Shown here: positions 44,445 to 53,800 of the stretch, piece after piece
How positions within the stretch are numbered: the first letter of the stretch is position 1
Layout of the letters: the number at the start of each line of letters is the position of its first letter
Sequence record: PQ898399.1
DNA length: 64,000 bases
Strand: one strand, 5' to 3'
The notes under the pieces: generated by a model
Databases searched by the model: none
What the model saw: the letters and a program-made list of their open reading frames with translations, nothing else
What the model was told of the DNA's origin: nothing
Position numbers and translations under genes: made by a program

Positions 44445-46601
44445 ATGAAACCAGTAAGTGAAATGGCCTATCATCCGTTATCGGAAAAGGTCGTTGACAT
44501 TCTCTGCACCAAAACCCAGAACGAAGAACGTCTGTTCTTCCGTGTAGTTCTGGCTTATTACTGGGCGCAAATGGCATCGTCAATGCGAGCAACCATTCAT
44601 GGTTATGACCGTGGTGACCTGCCAATCAACATCTATGCGCTTAACCTGTCACCGTCAGGTACTGGTAAGGGTTATTCAACCAGCCTCATCGAGCGTGAAA
44701 TCATTAACCAGTTCCGGGAGAACTTCCTGGAATACACGTTCCCCGAAGTTGCAGAGCAACACTTACTGGAACTGGCTCACAAACGTGCAACACGTAAAAG
44801 CACCGCTAGTCAGGTCGTAGATCCTGACGACGAACTTGAGCGTGTACGTAAGGAGTTCGAAGGTCTGGGCAGCTTGCTGTTTAGCTTTGACTCCGGTACT
44901 ACACCTGCCGTTAAACAGATGCGACATAAGTTGCTGATGGGTAACGCTGGTGGTGTGAACCTTCAGATTGATGAAATCGGTGCAAACCTGGTTGGTCAAA
45001 CTGAAGTGCTGGATACTTTCCTGGAACTGTATGATCTCGGTATGGTAAAAGAGAAACTGGTTAAATCAACCAGTGAAAACGTCCGTAATGAGCGTCTGAT
45101 TGGGGCTACCCCAACCAACATGCTCCTGTTTGGTACTCCAACCAAACTGTTCGACGGTGACATTACCGAACGCCGTTTAAATGAGATGTTAGAGATGGGT
45201 TATGCTCGTCGCTGTCTCTTCGGCTTCGTAACCGGATCTACGAAGAAGGCTGACGTTACTGCTGAAGAAATGATGAAGCAGATGTTTAACGCAGCCGGGA
45301 ATGACTTCATCGAAGACTTGTCTACGCAGTTAGGCCGTCTGGCTGATGTAGCGAATATCCGTAAAAAGATAATCCTGCCTGAAGCTCAGTGTCTGGAACT
45401 GCTGCGTTATCGCCTGTTCTGTGAAGAACGTGGTCGGGAATATAGCGAACACGAGTCTGTTAAAAAGAGCGAGATGGATAACCGTTTCTTTAAGACCCTG
45501 AAGCTGGCTGCTGCTTATGCGTTTATCGATGAGTCGGCTGTCATTACTCAGGATCATCTTGAGAATGCCATCAAACTGGTAGAAGAGTCCGGCGATGCTT
45601 TCGCTAAGCTCATGACACCAGAGCGCCCTTACGTGAAGTTGGCAAAGTATCTGTCAAGATGCAAAACCGATGTTACGTTGGCTGACCTGGATCAGGATCT
45701 CCCATACTTCCGTGGCGGTAAAAACCAGAAAGATGAACTCATCACTATGGCTACTGCCTGGGGCTACAAGAACAACATCATTATTAAGAAAGCTTTCAAT
45801 GATGGTATTCAGTTCTTGCGTGGGGAAACTCTCAAAGAGACTAATCTCGATGAGATGATCCTGGCCTACAGTAAGCACATGACTGAAGGTTACAAGGCTG
45901 TCCGTGCGCCATTTAATAAGCTGCATCAGTTAGTTCAGACTGACGGCTATCACTGGCTAAACCATCACGTTCGTGGTGGCTATCGCAACGAGGAAAATGC
46001 CGAGCCTGGTTTCAACCTTATCGTTCTCGATATCGATGGAACCATGAACCTGTCTACAGCTAAGCTGTTGTTACAGGGGCAGAAGGCATTGTTCTATACC
46101 ACGAAGCGTCATACTGATGCGTGCAACCGTTTCCGTATAATCATGCCAGCGAACTATGAACTGGAGATGGACGCGAAGGAATACAAGGAGTTCATGAATA
46201 ACGTAATCGAAGGGTTACCGTTTGAAGTGGATGAGTCCTGTACCCATCGCTGTAAGAAATGGCTATCGCATAAAGGTCACTTCGAGTATCAGGACGGCGA
46301 TCTGTTCGACGTGTTGCCATACATTCCGAAAACCAGTAAGAACGAAGAACGCAAAGCATTGCTGGACGATCAGCAGTCTATGGATAACCTGGAACGTTGG
46401 GTTATCAATAACACTGGTGATGGTAATCGCAATAACATGCTCCTGCGTTTTGCAACCATCCTTGTGGATGCTGGTTTCGATGTTGCTGACATTCGTACTA
46501 AGGTTATCGACCTTAATGCGAAGCTCCCGGATAAACTGGAAGACAGCGAGATCGATAGCTCCATTATGATCACCGTAGCCAGAAAACTGGCGAAACCTTG
46601 A
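44445..46601 (+). CDS. DNA primase (N4 gp43-like)
   Basis: SPSGTGKG, IDEIG, VLDIDG, RFRII, GNRNNMLLR (PriCT-like). Confidence 0.85.
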   Translation: MKPVSEMAYHPLSEKVVDILCTKTQNEERLFFRVVLAYYWAQMASSMRATIHGYDRGDLPINIYALNLSPSGTGKGYSTSLIEREIINQFRENFLEYTFPEVAEQHLLELAHKRATRKSTASQVVDPDDELERVRKEFEGLGSLLFSFDSGTTPAVKQMRHKLLMGNAGGVNLQIDEIGANLVGQTEVLDTFLELYDLGMVKEKLVKSTSENVRNERLIGATPTNMLLFGTPTKLFDGDITERRLNEMLEMGYARRCLFGFVTGSTKKADVTAEEMMKQMFNAAGNDFIEDLSTQLGRLADVANIRKKIILPEAQCLELLRYRLFCEERGREYSEHESVKKSEMDNRFFKTLKLAAAYAFIDESAVITQDHLENAIKLVEESGDAFAKLMTPERPYVKLAKYLSRCKTDVTLADLDQDLPYFRGGKNQKDELITMATAWGYKNNIIIKKAFNDGIQFLRGETLKETNLDEMILAYSKHMTEGYKAVRAPFNKLHQLVQTDGYHWLNHHVRGGYRNEENAEPGFNLIVLDIDGTMNLSTAKLLLQGQKALFYTTKRHTDACNRFRIIMPANYELEMDAKEYKEFMNNVIEGLPFEVDESCTHRCKKWLSHKGHFEYQDGDLFDVLPYIPKTSKNEERKALLDDQQSMDNLERWVINNTGDGNRNNMLLRFATILVDAGFDVADIRTKVIDLNAKLPDKLEDSEIDSSIMITVARKLAKP

Positions 46602-46608
46602 GGTAAAT

Positions 46609-46821
46609 ATGTCCGAACTGAAACACTATCAGTGTCACAAACAAGTACACGCTACGCCTATGACTCTGGGCGAGTTCAAAGCTCATTCAGGTAAGAAAGA
46701 CCTGATGGGTTCACCGGATGCCCCTGGCTATCTGGTGGTGTACAGTAAAGGCACTGAAGATGAGTACCACTCATGGTCACCAAAAGACGTGTTTGAAGCT
46801 GGTTACTCAGAAATCCAGTAA
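46609..46821 (+). CDS. Conserved phage protein (DUF2829-like)
   Basis: PMTLGEF...GYLVVY...SWSPKDVFEAGY. Confidence 0.7.
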   Translation: MSELKHYQCHKQVHATPMTLGEFKAHSGKKDLMGSPDAPGYLVVYSKGTEDEYHSWSPKDVFEAGYSEIQ

Positions 46822-46822
46822 T

Positions 46823-46838
46823 ACGCACTTCCGTGCGT
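46823..46838 (+). other. ACGCAC-TTCC-GTGCGT hairpin, one-nt variant of the 12534 promoter
   Basis: Identical arms to 12534, loop TTCC instead of TCC. Confidence 0.6.
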
Positions 46839-46849
46839 TTGACGGCCTC

Positions 46850-46872
46850 TGCCCCCTAACGGGGGCATTTTT
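46850..46872 (+). terminator. Intrinsic terminator
   Basis: TGCCCCC-TAAC-GGGGGCA-TTTTT. Confidence 0.8.
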
Positions 46873-46889
46873 AACTGAAGGAGTTCATT

Positions 46890-47021
46890 ATGGACGAAGA
46901 TCAGAAACAGCTACTCCAGGAGTTCTTAGCTGAACACTGGAATCTGTGGGAAGCTCACTGCGAACATCGTGGTGTTGATCCCAACGATATCTACGTAAAC
47001 CAGTTGGGAGGTGAAGAGTAA
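46890..47021 (+). CDS. 43-aa acidic hypothetical protein
   Basis: AAGGAG RBS; TAATG coupling. Confidence 0.65.
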   Translation: MDEDQKQLLQEFLAEHWNLWEAHCEHRGVDPNDIYVNQLGGEE

Positions 47022-47764
47022 TGTCTCAGCAAGTCTCTAACGACAATCTGGTATTACTCGTAGGCAAAGCTGCAAACGGTAAATCCATGTCTCTGCGTGG
47101 GTTAAAAAATCCTGAAGGTGTAATGTACCTTAACTGTGAAGCTGGTAAGAAATTGCCATTCAAAGCTAAGTTCAAGCAGTACAACATCACCGATCCGGTT
47201 AAGCAGATTCCGCAAGCATTTGCAGCGGCTGAAGCTAAGCCAGAAATCCATACCATCGTTATCGACAGCCTGACCTATCTGATGGATATGTACGAAAGCA
47301 TGTATGTGCTTACGTTGCAGAACAAGATGGAAGGCTGGTCTAACTTTGCGCAGTTCTTTAAGTACATGATGCAGCAACTCGTTGCCAAGTCTACCAAAAA
47401 CGTCATCTTTACTGCTCACGTTAAAGATGAAGTAACAGACGATATGGTACGAGAAACTGCTGTACCGATTAAAGGTGCGTTGAAAAACAATGGCGTTGAA
47501 TCGTACTTCTCTTGTGTAATCGCAGCTAAAAAGAAAACGCTAACTGACCTTGAAGGTTACCAGTCTGCAATGCTGAACATTACACCGCGTGAAGAAGCAT
47601 TGGGCTTCAAGTACGTATTCCAGACCATGATCACGAAAGACACGGTAAACGAACGTTTACGTGGCCCGCTGGATCTCTTTGCGCCGGAAGAAACATTTAT
47701 CGATAATAACATGCAGTTGGTCTTAGACCGTTTGCATGAGTATTACGATGATGAAACTGCGTAA
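47021..47764 (+). CDS. P-loop ATPase, Sak4-like recombinase (N4 gp44-like)
   Basis: GKAANGKS, YLNCEAGK, IVIDSLT, FTAH. Confidence 0.85.
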   Translation: MSQQVSNDNLVLLVGKAANGKSMSLRGLKNPEGVMYLNCEAGKKLPFKAKFKQYNITDPVKQIPQAFAAAEAKPEIHTIVIDSLTYLMDMYESMYVLTLQNKMEGWSNFAQFFKYMMQQLVAKSTKNVIFTAHVKDEVTDDMVRETAVPIKGALKNNGVESYFSCVIAAKKKTLTDLEGYQSAMLNITPREEALGFKYVFQTMITKDTVNERLRGPLDLFAPEETFIDNNMQLVLDRLHEYYDDETA

Positions 47765-48272
47765 AGAAGATCTGACTCTCAACCTACTCAGATCGGTACT
47801 GAAATATGACCCTGTTACTGGACATCTTACTTGGTGCGGTAAGTCTCATTCTAAGAGAATTGTTCTCGGTTCTCGCGCTGGCAGTCGGATTGCATCTTCG
47901 GGCTATCGTAGCGTAACCGTATTCGGTACTACGTACCAAGAGCATATTCTCATCTGGTTCATGTACTACGGTAAATGGCCAGAGGGACAAATCGACCATA
48001 TAGATCAAGTCCGTGACCATAACTGGATCACTAATCTCCGGGATGTAACATTCCTGGAGAACATGAGAAACCGTAAGGCTCTCAGTGGTACAGTGACTGG
48101 TCATCAAGGCGTCTGGTTTAACAAGCGACGGAATCGCTATGTAGCTGAAATAACGATGAACGGTAAGAAGATTTACCAGAAGTCATTCACCAGTGCTTCC
48201 GAAGCTGTTAAAGCCAGAGGTGAAAAATTAATCGAACTCGGATTCCATGAAAACCACGGATCCGAAAACTAA
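47748..48272 (+). mobile_element. Free-standing HNH-AP2 homing endonuclease gene
   Basis: LKYDPVTG, IDHIDQVRDHNWITNLRDVT...EN, GVWFNKRRNRYVAEI; overlaps 3' end of gp44-like gene. Confidence 0.85.
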
Positions 48273-48287
48273 AGAAAAGGTAATGCA

Positions 48288-49055
48288 ATGAGTTTCTTAA
48301 ACGCTGATGAGTACAATGCACAAGACGCAGTAGAAAAAGACGTAGTTGGTGGCGGTGGCTTTAAAGCCCTGGCTTCCAACATTTACGACTTCACCGTAAA
48401 CCACGCCTATTTCAGCAAAGCTGCCTCCGGTGCGCGTGCTGTTAACCTGGAACTGGAAACCAAAGACGGTTCCAAACATCGCTTCACGATCTACGTTACT
48501 AACCGCGAAGGATCCATTAAGTACAAAGACAAGCAGACTGGCGAACTGAAGTATCTGCCGGGCTTCCAGACTGTCGATGCACTGTGTAAGCTGACCTCCG
48601 GTAAGTCTCTGATCGAGCTTCAGGCGGCTACTGAAAAGCGTACTCTGAACCTGTATAACTACGATCAGAAACGCGAAGTGCCAACCGATGTCGATATGCT
48701 AATGCCGCTGTTGAAGAAAACCGTCAAGGCGGCTGTTGTTGAGCGTATCGAAAACAAAACCAAAAAGAACGAATCGACTGGTAAGTACGATCCGATCAAC
48801 GAAAAACGTACTACCAACGAAATCGTTAAGTTCATGCGTGAGCGTGACAGTATGACCGTAGGCGAAATCATTGGCAAAAAAGCCGAAGCTGAATACGCCA
48901 AAAACTGGCTGTCTGTCTGGGAAAACAAACCAGACGATCGCTTTAAAGAAGTCGCTCAGGCTGGTAACGCTGGTGCGCCGGGTGGTGCATTCGCAGGTGG
49001 CGTTGGTGCTGAACCTGCTGGTACTACGGCTGGTCAAGACAACCTGTTTATGTAA
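48288..49055 (+). CDS. ssb: Single-stranded DNA-binding protein (N4 gp45-like)
   Basis: SGARAVNL, YLPGF, flexible Gly/Ala tail ending DNLFM; N4 synteny. Confidence 0.88.
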   Translation: MSFLNADEYNAQDAVEKDVVGGGGFKALASNIYDFTVNHAYFSKAASGARAVNLELETKDGSKHRFTIYVTNREGSIKYKDKQTGELKYLPGFQTVDALCKLTSGKSLIELQAATEKRTLNLYNYDQKREVPTDVDMLMPLLKKTVKAAVVERIENKTKKNESTGKYDPINEKRTTNEIVKFMRERDSMTVGEIIGKKAEAEYAKNWLSVWENKPDDRFKEVAQAGNAGAPGGAFAGGVGAEPAGTTAGQDNLFM

Positions 49056-49070
49056 GTATCAGGTTGACCT

Positions 49071-49100
49071 AAGCCCACTTCGGTGGGCTTTCTTATCTTT
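49071..49100 (+). terminator. Intrinsic terminator
   Basis: AAGCCCAC-TTCG-GTGGGCTT-TCTTATCTTT. Confidence 0.75.
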
Positions 49101-49115
49101 AAACCAGAGGTATCT

Positions 49116-49400
49116 ATGTCTCAGCAAAACATTCAGCCAGTACAGAACCTGGATCAGTTCGCTCAACTTATGGTTGACTGGCACACCGATGGTCAAAAGC
49201 AGGTTGCTTTAGCCAGTAACCCGCCATCTCATGTTCGCATCAAAGCGATCATCCGTGGCAAAGAAAAGGTACTGAATCCAAATGAACGTGAAGCGTTCAT
49301 TGCCGGAGTTCAGGTTGCGGGTGAAATCTTCAAGAACTTGCCATTCCAGTTCGTAGAGCAGGAAGTTGAGCAAGCGGTTGACGGTGAAGCCGATGCCTAA
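49116..49400 (+). CDS. Hypothetical protein
   Basis: GAGGT RBS; ends FKNLPF. Confidence 0.7.
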   Translation: MSQQNIQPVQNLDQFAQLMVDWHTDGQKQVALASNPPSHVRIKAIIRGKEKVLNPNEREAFIAGVQVAGEIFKNLPFQFVEQEVEQAVDGEADA

Positions 49401-49968
49401 AGGGTTACGTATCCTCGGCGCAGATCCCTCGTTTAGTAACTGGGGATTAGCCCAGGGTGTATACGACCCGGTTACGTCCAAACTAACCATCACTGGTTTG
49501 GACGTGATTAAGCCTGTCCTTAACAAGGATAAACAAACTCGCCAAAACTCAATGGACATAGAACGCTCTAAACAGCTTTCTAAGGGCTTCATTGATGCAA
49601 TAAGGCAGTCCGATGTAATAGCCGCAGAAATCCCCCACGGAAGCCAGTCAGCGAGAGCTATGGCATCCTATGGTGTGTGTATCGGCATACTCGGTATGGT
49701 TTGCAATATGCGTGTACCACTCATCCAGGTTAATGCTATTGAAACCAGAAAGGTTATCACTGGTAAGAAAGAGGCAACCAAAGCTCAGGCAATAGCCTGG
49801 GCAATGGCTAAGCATCCTGAAGCGCCCTGGCCTATGAAGACCGTACAAGGCGTTACCTCTGTGGTAGAGGGAACTGCCGAGCATATGGCAGATGCCATTG
49901 CAGCGATCTACGCAGCAATGGAAACTGACACATTCAAAACAATGGCTATGTTAGCCAAAAAGGAATAA
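49393..49968 (+). CDS. RuvC-like Holliday junction resolvase (N4 gp46-like)
   Basis: ILGADPSFSNWG, AEIPHGSQSARA, EHMADAIAA. Confidence 0.85.
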   Translation: MPKGLRILGADPSFSNWGLAQGVYDPVTSKLTITGLDVIKPVLNKDKQTRQNSMDIERSKQLSKGFIDAIRQSDVIAAEIPHGSQSARAMASYGVCIGILGMVCNMRVPLIQVNAIETRKVITGKKEATKAQAIAWAMAKHPEAPWPMKTVQGVTSVVEGTAEHMADAIAAIYAAMETDTFKTMAMLAKKE

Positions 49969-49973
49969 AGCAA

Positions 49974-50660
49974 ATGCTGATCTATTTGAACCGTGAAGAA
50001 ATCCTGAATGCAGTTGTTGCACATCTGGGTTCGCTCACCGGTGTACAACCAACTGATGTTGCCCTGGGCTTCATCAATGGTGACGTTACCGCTGTATTGG
50101 GTGTTAACGAAGCTCTGCCGGATGATCTCTTTGAAGAAGGCGATCATATCGTAGATGATAACGATACCACTGAGCAGGTAGCTCAGGATGCTGGTAAACC
50201 AGCTAAAAGTGGTAAGCGCCGTAAACGTCGTACCCGTGCGGAGATCGAAGCCGATGAAGCAGCAGCTAAACAAGCAGCAGAAGCTGAGCAACAGCCTGAA
50301 ACGGCTAAGCAAACCGAAGCAGAAGCCCCGAACGAAGTCGGCGCTGAAGCCGAAGAAACGCAAGCCGATCAAAACCTGGCAGCCGAACCTGAAACGGCGG
50401 CAGATAAAGCAGAAGCGGTTGAAGCTCCGACTGAAGTTGCTGGAGCAGCAGCAGAAGAACCAAACCTGTTCGTCGATTCAGAGCCAGCCGCAGCAAGCAG
50501 CGTAGATCCTGAACCAGAGCCAACGGCTAATCCGTTCCCGGCTGATGACGGTGAAAACCTGTTTGCAGATACTCCGGCTGAAACCAAGCCAGTAGTCGAA
50601 ACTGAAGAAGGCTTTGCTAAGCCGAAGGAAGACGACGACGCGATCAACCTGTTCGCGTAA
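49974..50660 (+). CDS. Acidic, Ala/Glu/Pro-rich largely disordered protein
   Basis: Basic patch KRRKRRTRAEIEAD; three NLF repeats in acidic tail. Confidence 0.75.
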   Translation: MLIYLNREEILNAVVAHLGSLTGVQPTDVALGFINGDVTAVLGVNEALPDDLFEEGDHIVDDNDTTEQVAQDAGKPAKSGKRRKRRTRAEIEADEAAAKQAAEAEQQPETAKQTEAEAPNEVGAEAEETQADQNLAAEPETAADKAEAVEAPTEVAGAAAEEPNLFVDSEPAAASSVDPEPEPTANPFPADDGENLFADTPAETKPVVETEEGFAKPKEDDDAINLFA

Positions 50661-50669
50661 GGCGGTGTA

Positions 50670-50852
50670 ATGATATCCAAAGTCTTATGTTGGATTTTGG
50701 GTATCACTCTTGCAATTCTTTTCATGGGCGTGATATTTGCCATAAACATTCTGGTGCGGTTGTTAGCAATAGCAATACCAGTATTCCTGATTGGCGGTGT
50801 TATAGCTTATGCGTTGCATGAGTCTATCCAAAATAAGAAGCCCCCTGAGTAG
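50670..50852 (+). CDS. Small membrane protein
   Basis: Almost wholly hydrophobic 60 aa. Confidence 0.6.
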   Translation: MISKVLCWILGITLAILFMGVIFAINILVRLLAIAIPVFLIGGVIAYALHESIQNKKPPE

Positions 50853-50866
50853 GGGGCTTCTTTATT
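50831..50866. terminator. Bidirectional terminator
   Basis: AAAT-AAGAAGCCCCC-TGAGTA-GGGGGCTTCTT-TATT. Confidence 0.8.
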
Positions 50867-53800
50867 AGAACATGTTGCTCATTAGTTTAATCGGTAGTGG
50901 CTGAGTTACAGCCCCCGGCAACTGGAGTACACCACTTGCGAACGGATCACCAAAGCCAGTAAAGATGTTAGGCTCCAGTGCTGATGGTGCGTTAGTGAAT
51001 CGGGAAACCAGTACCGATTGAGCCAGTGCTGAACCCGGACGTTCCTTCATCAGAGTAAGCATCGCACGTTGAATACGCAGACGGTACTTAGTAAACATCA
51101 TCACACCAATGTCATTCAGGTACTGCAATTCAGCAGAGGTCGGAATGTCATAGTTAACGAACGCATCACTTGCACGCTGGATTGCCTCATCGTGGTTTAA
51201 CTTACGATCAGCTTTTTCCATGCTGTACTTGTAGAGCACATATTTAGAGGTAAAGTCACCGAACTGTGCCGTATTGCTCAGGAATTTGTAGAGCGGAGTA
51301 TCTTTGGATACGAACGCCCACTTAGCCACAGTACGTACAGAAGCCGGGATTTTATCAGTAACACCAGATACTTTACGCTGTAAGCCAGACGCATAGGTAT
51401 AGCTGGTATCAGACGTATCCACATCATCAACGATGCTAGGCATAGTACCTGCTTCGATGAAGTCCTTGATAGGGTTACGTGCAATCTGATCCTCAAGCTG
51501 AATGATACGTTGCTCAAGCTCATTGAAGTCACCTAAACCTGCACGTTGTTGCTGTTGGTATTTCAGCAGCAGAGCAGTGTTTTTACGGTAGCTCAAACCA
51601 GCCTGCAAAGCAGTCTTCGTATCACGCACGATATCAGTCGGTGATACACCATAGGCTTTCAGCAATGCTACGTTACCCAGAAGGTTACGCATCAGTGTAC
51701 TTACGTTACGGAGCACGATGATATCTTTGAACAGTGCCATGCCTTCCTGTGCTGCACGCTCAGTCTGTACAGCAACACGTTTAGCATCTTTGCCAGACAA
51801 GGCAGAGAAAACGGAGGTTGCTAAAGACTCGGCCATATTGCGATCCATCGCATCCTTGTCAAAGGCATTTGCCACAGTCAGCTTACGGAAACCAAACACG
51901 AGGTTTACCAGATCACTGCGAACCTGTAATGGTTCACCTGCACCCCAGATCTCCTGTGCTTCATACCGGGTTTGTTCCGGGAGCATAGCCCAGATTTCTC
52001 TGGCGCGAGCATCCTTCGACATTGGCCCAATAGCCACATAGCGTTCTGGTGCAGCAGCGTAATTTGATTTGAAGTCCTCGTGAAGGGCTTCCATAACAAC
52101 CCGGTTTTGAGTCGGGCTGTTTTGTTTATCAAAAGTCTGACCTGCATACTGACCCAACAGGTGAGCAAAATCGTTATTCCGATCCAGCAGAGTGTCACGA
52201 TTAACGTGTTGCATCTCATACTGGAAGTCCATGATGCGTCCATCAGTACCGAACACCGGAATCATATAAGTGTCTTTTACTTCAGCCGGATCGAACTTCG
52301 AAGCATCCATTTTGGCTCGACGCTGTGCAGCAGCATAAACGGCTTTGCGTCCATCGGCTACTGTCGCACCTTGTGCCTTCTGGTAGTTCTGGTTTCGTAC
52401 AGCGGTAGTGCCTTTACGATGGTTGCTGGTTAAGCTCATCGCACCGGACACATAACGCTGTGATCCATTATCCTGAGTAACATACATGGCTTTCTGGCCT
52501 AGGCTTGGGATAGTCGGATCAGTTGGAACCATGCCCACAAACTGATAGCCCATTGCCTCAAGCTCTGCACCTTCGCCCTTATCTACGATCTTAACGTCAC
52601 GATATGGGTTGGTTACTTCCGGGATATAGCCTTTAATCCGCGAGATCTCGTTATCAGCGAACAGAGTAGAAGCTGCATCCTCAGATAGTACCTTATGCAC
52701 ATTGAGCATTGCCTTAATACCATTGTCCTGGTTTGGCATCTCACGTTTCATCACAGCAGCAGTTCGCTGTAAGTGCTCTGGGTTGGAATATTGCATGGCA
52801 TACAGAGAAGCCAGGTTATCAATAGACTCCACAACGGCACCGGAGCGATCTGGTAATGCAGTGGTCACGTAATGAGTACCAGCACCAGAAGCAATGGCCT
52901 GAGCATTCTTAGCCATACCTGGGATGGTAGCTTTACCAGTCACCATGTAATAGCCGAGTGCTTTAGCGCGGATAACCATATCATTACCATTAGGCTGAGT
53001 CAGTAAGGATTTCTCCAGTTTACCGATCTCTGCCTTACGGCTACGACCATCACTGACGAACTTCTGCACATCATCAAGGCTATAGCTGTTAAGCAGCGAG
53101 TGAGCCTCTGTACGCATCAGAGTGTAAGTCAGTGCAGTCTTATCATCTTCAGTCAGATATTTGCCTGAGTCCTGGAACATCTCCATTACGTTACCACGGG
53201 TAATCTCAGCGAGGTTACGGCGACGTTGTTCAATCAGGTTAGTGTGACGTTGCAGTGATTCAAACGCACTACGTACCTTATCTGGATTAGAGATATCAGA
53301 CAGGATCTGAGCAGCCCAACCATCTTCAGTGTTAGGGTTATTCAGGTCACGCATCTGACGTAAGGTTTCACCCACACGATCCAAATCACGCTTAGCAGCC
53401 AGACGGGTAACCGATCCGGCAAAGCGAACGATTGGAGAACGTGAGTTCTTGATCAGGTCAGTGTCAGCAGTTGCGTGAACACCATTCATTACCTTACGGC
53501 CTACAGCTTCACCGAGGTCAGACATATAGGTAAAGGCTTCTTCAACTTTACCCATAGACTTATCACGGTTCTTGAGGTCAATCTCAACAAGCTGTTCTGC
53601 CAGTGCCTGAGCTTTCTGGTTTACCAGTTGGCCTTCATTGGTACGTGACAGGAAGCCAGATGCCCAGTTAACCGCATGGCTCAAGTACGCAGCAGCTTTC
53701 TCGAAGTTGGACTTCGGAGTAGTGCTATCAGCGACCTTGGTAGTAAAGCCCATCAGTTTACTGGTTTCTTCATGGCCTAACGTCATAGCCACAAATTGAG

